A program made the translations under genes and the position numbers. This document shows, in pieces, positions 49,001 through 57,699 of a DNA stretch of 64,000 bases (within the stretch, counting starts at the first letter, position 1; every line of letters begins with the position of its first letter). The notes beneath the pieces are model-generated. The model was given only the letters and a program-made list of their open reading frames with translations. It searched no databases and was not told the origin of the DNA. Origin of the DNA: an uncultured Acetobacteraceae bacterium (lineage in GTDB: Bacteria > Pseudomonadota > Alphaproteobacteria > Acetobacterales > Acetobacteraceae); NCBI GenBank assembly GCA_903895595.1, contig CAITUP010000098.1:1933-65932 (forward strand), written 5' to 3'.

Positions 49001-49179
49001 GCCGGGGTTTTGGCCATGATCTCCGCCAGTGTCATGCCCGATTTTGCCATAGCCGTAGATCCTTTCCGCTCGCTTTCCACGCACTGATAATCCAAAGGAC
49101 ACAGCCCCGGATCGTGAATACCACGACAAAGGCCCGTCCATCGATCGCTCCGATTGCTCGGATCCGTTCTTCGCCGTAG
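46045..49179 (+). CDS. res: type III R-M restriction subunit (Res; SF2 helicase + PD-(D/E)XK nuclease); C-terminal about 165 aa probably read-through
   Basis: LPTGGGKT, IVDEAHN, FTATP, LKEGWDC, EQLLGRVLR, FYPDFVARLTDGRLLIVEYKG; protein-like sequence ends near 48685. Confidence 0.88.
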   Translation: MQLKQYQTDTLTILRRYLEEARTAGPAPAYDLLTAEPEQEKRLGRYRSAYKALEALPDTPYVCLRLPTGGGKTILAAHAIGIARDAWMEKDHPLVLWLVPSNTIRQQTAEALKNPRHPYRQVLDELFGGRVRVFDITDFTDIRPHDIADSVCVVVGTIQTLRVNNTEGRKVYAHNENLETHFSRVPPNMPGLELRDNGAPRFSFANLLHVHRPLMIVDEAHNAVTGLTREMQTRVNPCAIVEFTATPRMDSNILHSVSARELKAAEMIKLPIVLAEHDSWQTAVNGAIASRAALADAAKGERDYIRPIVLFQAQNRDQEITVEVLKKHLTDVEHIPEDRIAIATGDQRQLDGLDLFDPACRIEYVITIAALKEGWDCSFAYVFCSVARIQSATDVEQLLGRVLRMPYARRRTAEALNRAYAHVSEPSFGAAAAALTDKLIAMGFDEDDARDAIEPAQTSLDDTGLFAPRPVPLPVFRHVVTVSSAEAAAIATAVAAEGVAVTPRPDGTVEIAVTGRVRPEVEEAISAAIPEPVRRHFAEAVRTYRVAIQDQLSPAEQGEEFKVPRLMAEIQGNLEFADTDLFFDEFHDWTLASYPARFDAPEFTADETARNWEIDLNGSRISYHFANEDAQLALDVDVEGWTPQNLVIWMARQLRHHTIHPSDLHAWLTNCIAYLIAARKIPIAALMRMKFILIRKLQSRIDAARLVERNAAFQRYLFAPEARVSVSFETAFEFKDGMYRDVKKQPPGRWKPQKHFLGPNQVPAFDGAEGGEEFQCAQAIDSLPQVQFWIRNVSRHPASFWLPTATDKFYPDFVARLTDGRLLIVEYKGALLAGPGVDDTNEKRAVGRLWETHSGGLFIVVEKQVRVLGMRAQLLEKLGSWQPPSTTPPIPQSPQSRRRLPRQNRHQRPSARVHQGPPLFPVLQRRHRNMDRVREPPLRHAQPLANNSRGDDIALIDVLIGVVAVLPHMPRDIGLGRRVDPNKIDGRGFGHDLRQCHARFCHSRRSFPLAFHALIIQRTQPRIVNTTTKARPSIAPIARIRSSP
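48697..49050 (-). CDS. XRE/HigA-like HTH antitoxin
   Basis: IRKRLGMSQRRFADAIHIPVATLQNWEQGR..D..AR.L. Confidence 0.85.
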   Translation of the reverse strand: MAKSGMTLAEIMAKTPAVDLVRIDATTEADIARHMREDGYDPDEDIDEGDIISPAVIRKRLGMSQRRFADAIHIPVATLQNWEQGRTLMDPSARSLMTILAREPAAALRALGYGRGG

Positions 49180-49322
49180 TCCCGCCGCTTGTCGGCGACC
49201 AGGACGACCCGGCCGGCGAACACCCGCGCCGCGTAATCGAAGCCGAACCCGCGCTCGCGGAGGTTCTTGTCGCTTTTCGGCGGGTCCCAATCGAAGCTCT
49301 CCCCCACCGTATACCCCATCAT
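49032..49322 (-). CDS. BrnT family toxin
   Basis: FDWDPPKSDKNLRERGFGF.YA..VF...D.RRDYGEER..AIG...VVVFT.RG...IISA.KA; overlaps the antitoxin start. Confidence 0.85.
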   Translation of the reverse strand: MMGYTVGESFDWDPPKSDKNLRERGFGFDYAARVFAGRVVLVADKRRDYGEERIRAIGAIDGRAFVVVFTIRGCVLWIISAWKASGKDLRLWQNRA

Positions 49323-49372
49323 GGTGTCCGCTACAAGCGTATAATACCCTGGAGGGCGCGGCCCACGCCCCC

Positions 49373-49741
49373 TCAAAACACCCACCCCTTGGTCCGGTCC
49401 TTCTCCTGCGCCGGGGTCAGCGCCGCCGGCCCATCCGCCACGCCTTTCGGATGCCCGGGCAGAGCGGCCGGGTCGTTCCAGCAATCCACCCGCCCCAAAC
49501 TGCGGGTACAGAACACCGGCGCTTCGGGCGGGGGCTCCTCCGCCTTGCAGTAGCTCTTGCCCTTGTCCCAATGGACAACCGAACAATCGCGCCCGGTGAC
49601 GACCGATATAACGGCATCGACCGGTGTGCGGCCCAGGACCGCGACGCTGCCGATTCCCACACCAACGCCGCCGGCAACCCACTGGTCAGGGGTCGCACCA
49701 CAGCCGCCAAGGAGCAAAAGCCCGAGATATATGTGTTTCAT
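49373..49741 (-). CDS. small lipoprotein, hypothetical
   Basis: lipobox LLLLGGC; conserved-looking DAVISVVTGRDCSVVHWD.GKSYC...YCTRSLGRVDCW pattern. Confidence 0.72.
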   Translation of the reverse strand: MKHIYLGLLLLGGCGATPDQWVAGGVGVGIGSVAVLGRTPVDAVISVVTGRDCSVVHWDKGKSYCKAEEPPPEAPVFCTRSLGRVDCWNDPAALPGHPKGVADGPAALTPAQEKDRTKGWVF

Positions 49742-49845
49742 GCGGGCAGTCTGACAGCAAAAGATGAACAAAAGGTTTACGCCGTTTGCCCATATTGACC
49801 GTCGCCGCTATGGTCCGCCCGCCCAGAACCGGATGAGAGTGCGCG

Positions 49846-50508
49846 TTGGTCGATATCTTCGACGAGGTTGATGAAGAGCTGCGGGCCGAGAAGACCCAGC
49901 AACTGCTGAAACGCTACAGCGGCGTGATCGGCGGCGTGGCGTTCGCCATCGTCGGCGTCGCGGCCGGCTGGCAAGGCTGGCAGTGGTGGCAGGCTCGGCA
50001 GGATGCCGCCGCCGCCTCGGCCTTTGTCGCCGCGATGTCGTCCGCCGAAACGGCCGCGACGCTGGACCCGGCCGCCCGAGGCGCACTTGGCGGGGCCTTC
50101 GATGCCCTCGCTGCCGGCGCGCCGGAGGGCTACAAAACCCTGTCCCGTCTGCGAGCGGCGGCTTTGAAGGCCGATGCCGGCGATCTCGCGGGGGCTGCCG
50201 CGCTTTGGGATCAGGTCGCCGCCGACGGTGCCGCCGACCCGTTGCTGCGCGACCTCGCGACCTTGCTGTGGGCACAGCGACAAATCGACCAGGGCGATCC
50301 GGCTCGGCTGGAAGCCCGCCTGAAACCGTTGACCGATCCCGATAACGCTTGGCGCGCCTTCGCGAAGGAACAGCTGGGGCTGCTCGCGCTGCGGCAGGGC
50401 CATACGGATGAGGCGCAGGCCAGTTTTCGTATATTGGCACGGGACGTCACCGCCCCCACGGGCGTGCGCAACCGAGCCACGGCTCTGCTGAACCGGCTTG
50501 GCGCGTGA
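49846..50508 (+). CDS. YfgM-like tetratricopeptide-repeat membrane protein
   Basis: MVDIFDEVDEELRAEK...TM...helical repeats; position upstream of bamB-der. Confidence 0.85.
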   Translation: MVDIFDEVDEELRAEKTQQLLKRYSGVIGGVAFAIVGVAAGWQGWQWWQARQDAAAASAFVAAMSSAETAATLDPAARGALGGAFDALAAGAPEGYKTLSRLRAAALKADAGDLAGAAALWDQVAADGAADPLLRDLATLLWAQRQIDQGDPARLEARLKPLTDPDNAWRAFAKEQLGLLALRQGHTDEAQASFRILARDVTAPTGVRNRATALLNRLGA

Positions 50509-50580
50509 GTGCGGAACGGGATATGCCGTCGCCCGACCCTTTGCCCGACCCTCTGCCCGACCCCCTGAAGGAATCATTCC

Positions 50581-51948
50581 ATGTCGCGTAACGCGGGGCC
50601 TGCCTCCGACCGACCGAAATCGCCCATGGCGAAGCTGTCCCGGCGCGCGGCGCTGCTGGCGCCTCTGACTCTCGCAGCCTGCGACACTATCGAGGGCTGG
50701 TTCGCCACCAAGAAGACCCCATTGCGCGGCAAACGGGAAATCGTGGAGGCCCTTCGGCCCGGCCTGGCGCCCGATGAGGGTGTTCCCAAGATTGTCCTTC
50801 CGGCGCCTGTCCGTAACAGCGGCTGGCCGCAGGAAGGCGGCAATCCGACGCATGCCATGGGGCATTTGGCTGTCAATGAATCCATTTCCGAAGCTTGGAC
50901 CGCCGATATCGGTTCCGGTGGCGGCTATCGGAAGAAAATTCTGACCCAACCGCTTGTCGCGGACGGCGTGGTCTACACGATGGACTCCGAGGGCCAGGTC
51001 TCGGCCTTCACTTTGTCCTCCGGGTCCCGCCAATGGCGCTCCGACACCAAGAACGAAGACGCGGACGCACACAATGTCGGCGGCGGTTTGGCAGTCGATG
51101 CCGGGACGGTTTACGCGGTCAACGGGTTGGGCGATCTGGTGGCGCTGGATGCCGCCAAGGGCACCGAACGCTGGCGCAAAACCTTGCCCGTGCTCGCGCG
51201 GTCGTCGCCGACGGTGATCGAGGGGCGGCTGTTCGTCACCACCATCGACGACCAGCTGCTGGCCCTGTCCACCGCGGACGGACGGCAGCTCTGGAACCAC
51301 CAAGGGATCGGCGGCGGCACATCCATGCTCGGGCAGCCCGCGCCAGCCTACGCGAAGGGACTGGTTGTGGTTGGCTTCGGTTCGGGTGAATTGGCCGCGT
51401 TGCGTGCCGACACCGGGACCGTCGTCTGGTCCGATGGTTTGGGTTCGGCCCGTATGCGGTCGGTCCTGACGGATTTCACGGCGATTCGCGGCGCACCGGT
51501 CATCTTCAACAATCTGGTCTACGCTGTCGGCATGGGCGGTTTGGCGGTGGCCATCGACCTGCCCACCGGCCGCCGTGTTTGGGAGCGCCAGATTACCGGC
51601 TTGACCACGCCGTGCGTGGCGGGCGATTGGCTCTTCCTTGTTTCGGCCGAGCAGGAAATGGTCGCGATCAACGCCCGCGACGGCCGGATCGCCTGGGTGA
51701 CCTCGCTGCCGCGCTGGGGCAATCAGGAAAAGCACAAGGATCCGCTGACTTGGTACGGCCCCGTGCTGGCCGGCGACCGCTTGGTTGCCACCGGCACAAG
51801 CGGGGAGGCCGTGTCCGTCAGCCCCTATACCGGCGCGCTGCTGGGACGGCAGCCTTTGTCGGATGTCGCGGCGCCGGTCACACCGGTGGTCGCGGACGGC
51901 ACCCTTCTTGTGGTATCGGACAATGCGCGGCTGTTGGCGCTGCGCTGA
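50581..51948 (+). CDS. bamB: PQQ-like beta-propeller lipoprotein (BamB/YfgL-like)
   Basis: lipobox LTLAAC; repeated ..DG...W propeller motifs; synteny with yfgM and der. Confidence 0.82.
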   Translation: MSRNAGPASDRPKSPMAKLSRRAALLAPLTLAACDTIEGWFATKKTPLRGKREIVEALRPGLAPDEGVPKIVLPAPVRNSGWPQEGGNPTHAMGHLAVNESISEAWTADIGSGGGYRKKILTQPLVADGVVYTMDSEGQVSAFTLSSGSRQWRSDTKNEDADAHNVGGGLAVDAGTVYAVNGLGDLVALDAAKGTERWRKTLPVLARSSPTVIEGRLFVTTIDDQLLALSTADGRQLWNHQGIGGGTSMLGQPAPAYAKGLVVVGFGSGELAALRADTGTVVWSDGLGSARMRSVLTDFTAIRGAPVIFNNLVYAVGMGGLAVAIDLPTGRRVWERQITGLTTPCVAGDWLFLVSAEQEMVAINARDGRIAWVTSLPRWGNQEKHKDPLTWYGPVLAGDRLVATGTSGEAVSVSPYTGALLGRQPLSDVAAPVTPVVADGTLLVVSDNARLLALR

Positions 51949-51963
51949 ACCGGTAAAAATCAT

Positions 51964-53313
51964 ATGTCTCTCCCCGTTGTCGTCATCGCGGGGCGGCCCA
52001 ACGTGGGCAAGTCCACGCTGTTCAACCGTCTCGCCGGACGGCGTATCGCGATCGTCGCCGATACGCCGGGAGTCACGCGCGACCGCAAGGAAGCGGAAGC
52101 GCAGATGCGCGGGCGGATGGTGCAGATCATCGATACCGCCGGGCTGGAGGAAGCCGCGCCGGAAACCCTGGCCGGCCGCATGAAGGACAGTTCCGCCGCC
52201 GCGGTGCATCTGGCCGATCTGGTGTTGTTCGTGATCGACGCCCGCGCCGGCGTGTCGCCGGCCGACGAGCACTTCGCCCAGTGGCTGCGCCGGCAGGGGC
52301 GGCAGGTGCTGCTGGTCGCCAACAAGGCCGAGGGCCGTAGTGCGGGATCGTCCGTTCTGGACGCGTGGTCGCTGGGCCTGGGCGAGCCCTGCGCCGTATC
52401 CGCCGAACACGGGGAGGGAATCTCCGACCTGATGTCGGAGATCGTCGACCGCTTGCCGCCGGAGCCGGAGGATGAAGACGAGGAAGCGGGCACCGACGAC
52501 CGGCCGTTGAAGCTCGCCATCGTCGGCCGCCCGAATGCCGGCAAGTCCACGCTGCTGAACCGGTTGCTGGGCCAGGAACGCCAGCTGACAGGGCCGGAGC
52601 CGGGCCTGACCCGCGATTCCATCGCGGTGACGATTACCGATACCGATGGCTACAAGATAGAGCTGGTCGATACCGCCGGCCTGCGCAAGCGCGCCCGCAT
52701 TGAGGCCGACTTGGAGAAAATGTCCGTCAGCTCGGCCATCAACGCCCTGAAGATGGCGGAGGTGGTAGTGCTGACCTTGGATGCCGTCGAAGGCGTCAAC
52801 GATCAGGACCTGCAGATCGCCCGTTTGGTCGAGCGGGAAGGCCGTGCCTGCGTCATTGCCCTGAACAAGTGGGACGCAGTGCCGGACCGGAACGCGGCCC
52901 GCAAGGCGGCGACCGACCGGTTGGAGGAAAGCCTCGCCCAGATGAAGGGCATCCCGGTCGTCACGTTCTCGGCTCTGACCGGCGCCGGCATCGACCGTCT
53001 GCTGCCCGCGGTGCGCGCGGCCCACGCAGTGTGGAACACGCGTGTCCCGACCGGAGAGCTGAACCGCTGGTTCGAACGCGTGCTCGCCCGTCATCCGCCG
53101 CCGATGGTCAGCGGGCGGCGGTTGAAGCTGCGGTATCTGACTCAGGCAAAGGCACGCCCGCCGACGTTCATCGTGTTCGGCACGCGGGCGGAGCGGATAC
53201 CCGAGGATTACCAGCGGTATCTGGTGAACAACCTGCGGGAGACGTTCGAACTGCCGGGCACGCCGATCCGGATGGAACTGCGCGGGACGAAGAACCCGTT
53301 CGCGGACGACTGA
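51964..53313 (+). CDS. der: ribosome biogenesis GTPase Der (EngA)
   Basis: two G domains (GRPNVGKS, GRPNAGKS), TRD, DTAG, NKAE/NKWD, C-terminal KH-like domain. Confidence 0.97.
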   Translation: MSLPVVVIAGRPNVGKSTLFNRLAGRRIAIVADTPGVTRDRKEAEAQMRGRMVQIIDTAGLEEAAPETLAGRMKDSSAAAVHLADLVLFVIDARAGVSPADEHFAQWLRRQGRQVLLVANKAEGRSAGSSVLDAWSLGLGEPCAVSAEHGEGISDLMSEIVDRLPPEPEDEDEEAGTDDRPLKLAIVGRPNAGKSTLLNRLLGQERQLTGPEPGLTRDSIAVTITDTDGYKIELVDTAGLRKRARIEADLEKMSVSSAINALKMAEVVVLTLDAVEGVNDQDLQIARLVEREGRACVIALNKWDAVPDRNAARKAATDRLEESLAQMKGIPVVTFSALTGAGIDRLLPAVRAAHAVWNTRVPTGELNRWFERVLARHPPPMVSGRRLKLRYLTQAKARPPTFIVFGTRAERIPEDYQRYLVNNLRETFELPGTPIRMELRGTKNPFADD

Positions 53314-53363
53314 GCGGTCGGTGTCTTCGGTCATTCCCATCTCATCGTGCCGGCGTACCTTTC

Positions 53364-53457
53364 CCGTCATCCCAGGGCTTGTCCCGGAGAGCATTATCGG
53401 CAGAAAACCGGGTACTTGTGCGTGTCGTGATTTGCGGGACAAGCCCGGGGACGACGG
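53364..53457. repeat. variant REP doublet
   Basis: CCGTCATCCCAGGGCTTGTCCCG (53364-53386) versus CGGGACAAGCCCGGGGACGACGG (53435-53457), 21/23 complementary. Confidence 0.8.
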
Positions 53458-53467
53458 AATGAAAGCG

Positions 53468-53656
53468 CAGGGGGATCGCATATGGCGGATTTCCGACACT
53501 TTCCGTCATGGTCGGGCCTGACCCGACCATCTCACGCCAATTGGGCACCGTTCGAAAAACCCTGCCTTTTCAATGGTGCGCAAAATCGCAGAAGATGGTC
53601 GGGTCACGCCCGACCATGACGAGCGGGGCCACCAAAGGTCGTATGCGATAGCCCTG
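53468..53656. mobile_element. MITE with CAGGG ends, internal REP doublet and 10-bp target-site duplication
   Basis: TIRs CAGGGGGATCGCATATG / CGTATGCGATAGCCCTG; AATGAAAGCG at 53458-53467 and 53657-53666. Confidence 0.88.
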
Positions 53657-53700
53657 AATGAAAGCGCCGTTACAATGGTCATGGATTGGAACTGACGGTA

Positions 53701-54678
53701 TCATTTGCTCATGACCTCCGCACCAGCGCCCGAAGGCAGACCGCCGTAGTCCGGGTGTTCGATCCAGGTCACGATGTCGCGGATCGGCACATCGCGTCCC
53801 AGGTCGCGCAGCAACAGGTGGTAGCCTCCGGGATAGAAGGCCCGCACCGGCCCCGGCGGTAGGGCGCCCCAAACAGCCTTGGTTGCCTGCCGAGGAATAA
53901 CTTCATCGTTCCCGCCGTACAGGAACAGCGCGGGCGCATCGAACCGCGGTGCCGCCGCCAGCGCGGCGTCCATCAGGTCCACGACACCCCGGATGGCGTC
54001 TACCCGAGCGCCGAACAGCGTCAGGGGATTGCGCGACAGCCGCCGCAACGCTTCGGGATTGTCGCTGGCTCGTATTTTCACCAAGCCACGCCCGGTCATG
54101 TGCCAGCCTGGGGTCAGCTTGCCGGCTATCCACAGGGCCGCGCGCATGAACGGGTTCATCTTCGCGCGTCCCCAGACAGCCGGGGCGATCAGCACATAGG
54201 CGTCGGCGCCCGGCGGATTGGGCGATGTCGCGGCAACCATGAGGATCGCCGCGCCCATGCTCTCCCCCATCAGGATCAGCCGCACACCTGGGTAACGCGC
54301 CCGCAGCAGCGCCGCCATGGTGCGGACGTCGCCCACCAGCCCCTCGGTCCCGGCCCAGTAGCCGCGCGACGCCGTTGCCCCGAAGCCGCGCTGGTCGGGG
54401 GCGAACACCGCGAGTCCCGCCTTGGCGAAGTCGGGCCCGGGATATTCCCATGCATCCCGGCTGTCGTTCATGCCGTGCAGTGCCAGTATCACCGCCTTGG
54501 GCGCGCCGTCGGGCAACCAGGCGCGATAGGGTAGGCGGGTGCTGTCCGGCATGACGAAAGCCTCGTCGGCGACTGCGGCCTGCATGATCCTCGGTCCCGG
54601 CGGGGCGAGATGTTCGGTGCAGCCGGCGAGCAGCAGCACCGCGACCCATGCGCCCAAAAATCGACTGGTTGAACTCAT
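53701..54678 (-). CDS. alpha/beta hydrolase, lysophospholipase/monoacylglycerol lipase-like lipoprotein
   Basis: lipobox LLAGC; LALHGMND, DQRGFG, GESMG, YGGNDEVIP, YHLLLRD. Confidence 0.88.
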   Translation of the reverse strand: MSSTSRFLGAWVAVLLLAGCTEHLAPPGPRIMQAAVADEAFVMPDSTRLPYRAWLPDGAPKAVILALHGMNDSRDAWEYPGPDFAKAGLAVFAPDQRGFGATASRGYWAGTEGLVGDVRTMAALLRARYPGVRLILMGESMGAAILMVAATSPNPPGADAYVLIAPAVWGRAKMNPFMRAALWIAGKLTPGWHMTGRGLVKIRASDNPEALRRLSRNPLTLFGARVDAIRGVVDLMDAALAAAPRFDAPALFLYGGNDEVIPRQATKAVWGALPPGPVRAFYPGGYHLLLRDLGRDVPIRDIVTWIEHPDYGGLPSGAGAEVMSK

Positions 54679-54728
54679 CCCCACACCCGCTATCATCCCC
54701 CCGTCCCACGGACCAGCAGAGGATCGAA

Positions 54729-54920
54729 ATGCCCGACGGCGCCACACCGACCGAAATCATCCACGTCGACGACCGCACCGTCGCCTGCGATGGCGGCACC
54801 AACGCGGCCCTCGGGCACCCGCGCGTGTTTTTACACATTGAGGGCAGGGATGTCGTGTGCCCCTATTGCTCGCGGTTGTATGTCCTGAACGAAGGAGCGG
54901 GCCACGGCTCCGGACACTAA
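54729..54920 (+). CDS. zinc-finger (zf-CHCC) protein
   Basis: VACDGG...LGHPRVFL...VVCPYCSRLY. Confidence 0.88.
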   Translation: MPDGATPTEIIHVDDRTVACDGGTNAALGHPRVFLHIEGRDVVCPYCSRLYVLNEGAGHGSGH

Positions 54921-57699
54921 TGTCGCGCCAGAGGCTGCCATTCCGGCGGCTTCGAACGCGCCCAACCTCGTTCTGATCGACGGATCGGGGTTCATCTTTC
55001 GCGCGTTCCACGCGTTGCCGCCGATGACCCGGCCGGACGGGACGCCGGTGAACGCCGTGTTCGGCTTCACCAACATGTTGGCGCAGTTGTTGAAGGATCA
55101 CACCGGCACGCATATCGCCGTGATCTTCGACGCCGGCCGCTACACGTTCCGCAACCGGCTGTACGAGGCCTACAAGGCCCACCGTCCCCCGGCACCGGAG
55201 GAATTGATCCCGCAGTTCGCCCTGGTCCGCGAAGCGACGGAGGCGTTCGGCGTCCCCGCCATCGAACTCCCGGACTGGGAGGCCGACGACCTCATTGCGG
55301 CCTATGCCCAGGCGGTCACGGATATCGGCGGGCAGGCGACCATCGTGTCGTCCGACAAGGACCTGATGCAGCTCATCCGGCCCGGCGTGACGATGCTGGA
55401 CCCGATGAAGAAGAAGCCCATCGGCCTGCCGGAGGTGATGGAGAAGTTCGGCGTCCCGCCCGAGAAGATGATCGAGGTGCAGGCGTTGATCGGCGATTCC
55501 ACGGATAACATTCCGGGCGTCCCCGGCATCGGCCCCAAGGGGGCGGCGCTGTTGATCAACGAGTTCGGCACGCTGGAAGCCGTGCTCGCCGCCGCGCCGT
55601 CGATGAAACCGTCCAAGCGGCGGGACTCGCTGATCGAGCATGCCGACAAGGCCCGCATCTCCTACGAGCTGGTGCGCCTGCGCGCCGATGCGCCGCTGCC
55701 GCTGCCGGTCGAGGCGCTGATCGTCAAGGAAGCCGACAAGCCAGCGCTGATTGCCTGGTTGGTCGCCCAGGGCTTCCGCAGCACGATTGCGCGCCTCGGG
55801 CTGGAAGTGCCGGCCTCGGCACCCGCACCGACCGCGATGGCGCCGCCATCCCAGGACGATCTCGGTCTGACCGGTGCCGCGCAGGCGTCGTCCGGCTTCG
55901 GACCATACGAGACCATCACGACCGAGGACGCCCTGCGCGCCTGGGCCGCCGAGGCCACCGCCGCCGGCCGCTTCGCGCTGGATACCGAGACCGACGGGCT
56001 GGATGCCACCCGCGCCCATTTGATCGGCCTGTCGATGGCCACCGCCCACGGCCGCGCCTGCTACGTCCCGCTCGGGCATGAAATCCTGGGCGAGCAACTG
56101 CGCATTCCCGCCGCCGTGGAAATCCTCGGGCCGCTGTTCGCCGACCCCTGCGTGCTGAAAATCCTGCAAAACGCCAAGTTCGACCTGATGGTGCTGACCC
56201 GAGCGGGATTCCCGCTGCCGTGGCCGGTCGATGACACCATGCTGATGTCGTATTCCCAGGAAGCCGGGCTGCACGGGCATGGCATGGACGAGTTGTCGGC
56301 GCTGCATCTCGGCCACACGCCGATCAGCTTCGATTCCGTCACCGGCACCGGCCGCGCGCGCATCCCGTTCTCCCAGGTGCCGTTCGACAAGGCCACCGCC
56401 TACGCGGCCGAGGACGCCGACGTCACGCTCCGGCTGTGGGACGTCCTGCGGCCAACGCTGCGCAAGAACCAGTCGCTGGCGCTGTATGAGCAAGTGGAAC
56501 GCCGCTTGATCCCGGTCCTGATCGACATGGAACGCGCCGGGGTGAAGGTGGATGCCGACGATCTGCGTCGCATGTCGGTGGATTTCGCCGAACGCATGGC
56601 GGTGATGGAGGCCGATGCCCACCGCCTCGCGGGCCACGAATTCAACATCGGCAGCCCCAAGCAGCTTGGCGAAGTGTTGTTCGACGAGATGAAGCTGCCC
56701 GGCGGCAAGCGGATGAAGACGGGCGCCTGGGGCACCGATTCCTCCGTTTTGCAGGCGCTGAACGACCAGGGCCACGATCTGCCGGCGCGCGTGCTGGAAT
56801 GGCGGCAACTGGCGAAACTGAAATCGACCTATGCCGACGCGCTGGTGAACCAGATCAACCCCGAAACCGGCCGCGTCCACACCAGCTTCGCCATGGCGAT
56901 CGCCGCGACAGGGAGGTTGTCCTCCACCGATCCCAACCTGCAGAACATCCCGATCCGCACCGAGGAAGGCAGCCGCATCCGTCGCGCCTTCATCGCCGAA
57001 CCCGGTCATGTGCTGGTCAGTGCCGACTACTCGCAGATCGAGCTGCGCCTGCTCGCCCACGTCGCCGATATCCCCGCGCTGAAGGAAAGCTTCGCGCGCG
57101 GGGAGGACATCCACGCCCGCACGGCGTCGGAAGTGTTCGGTGTGCCGATGGAGGGCATGGACGGCATGACCCGCCGTCGCGCCAAGGCGATCAACTTCGG
57201 CATCATCTACGGCATCAGCGCCTTCGGCCTCGGCCGCCAGCTGGGCATCGGACCCGGCGAGGCGCGCGGCTACATCGACCGCTACTTCGTCCGTTACCCG
57301 GAGATCCGGTCCTACATGGACCGCGTTCGCAAGGAAGCGCAGGCGAACGGGTTCGTGGTCACGCCGTTCGGCCGCCGCTGCTGGATCGCCGGCATTCAGG
57401 ACAAGAACCCCGCTCGGCGTGCGTATGGCGAGCGGCAGGCGATCAACGCGCCGTTGCAGGGCGGGGCCGCCGACATCATCAAGCGTGCCATGGTGCGCCT
57501 GCCCGCGGCGCTGGCGAAAGCCGGCCTGAAATCCCGCATGTTGCTTCAGGTCCACGATGAACTGCTGTTCGAAGCGCCGGAGGCCGAGGCCTCGGCCTTG
57601 GCCACGCTGCTGCGCGATGTGATGGAAAGCGCCGCGACCCTGTCCGTGCCCTTGGTGGTGGAGACCGGCACCGGGAAGAACTGGGCCGAGGCGCATTGA
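54920..57699 (+). CDS. polA: DNA polymerase I (5' end lacks an in-frame canonical start; see findings)
   Basis: LIDGSGFIFRAFHALPP (in frame from 54967), EADD, SDKD, PGVPGIG.K, DTETDG, LSSTDPNLQNIP, DYSQIELR, AKAINFGIIYG, QVHDEL. Confidence 0.93.

Noticed and set aside
49777-53499. 1240-aa minus-strand ORF
   Set aside because: Antisense shadow of yfgM-bamB-der
54757-57696. 979-aa minus-strand ORF
   Set aside because: Antisense shadow of polA
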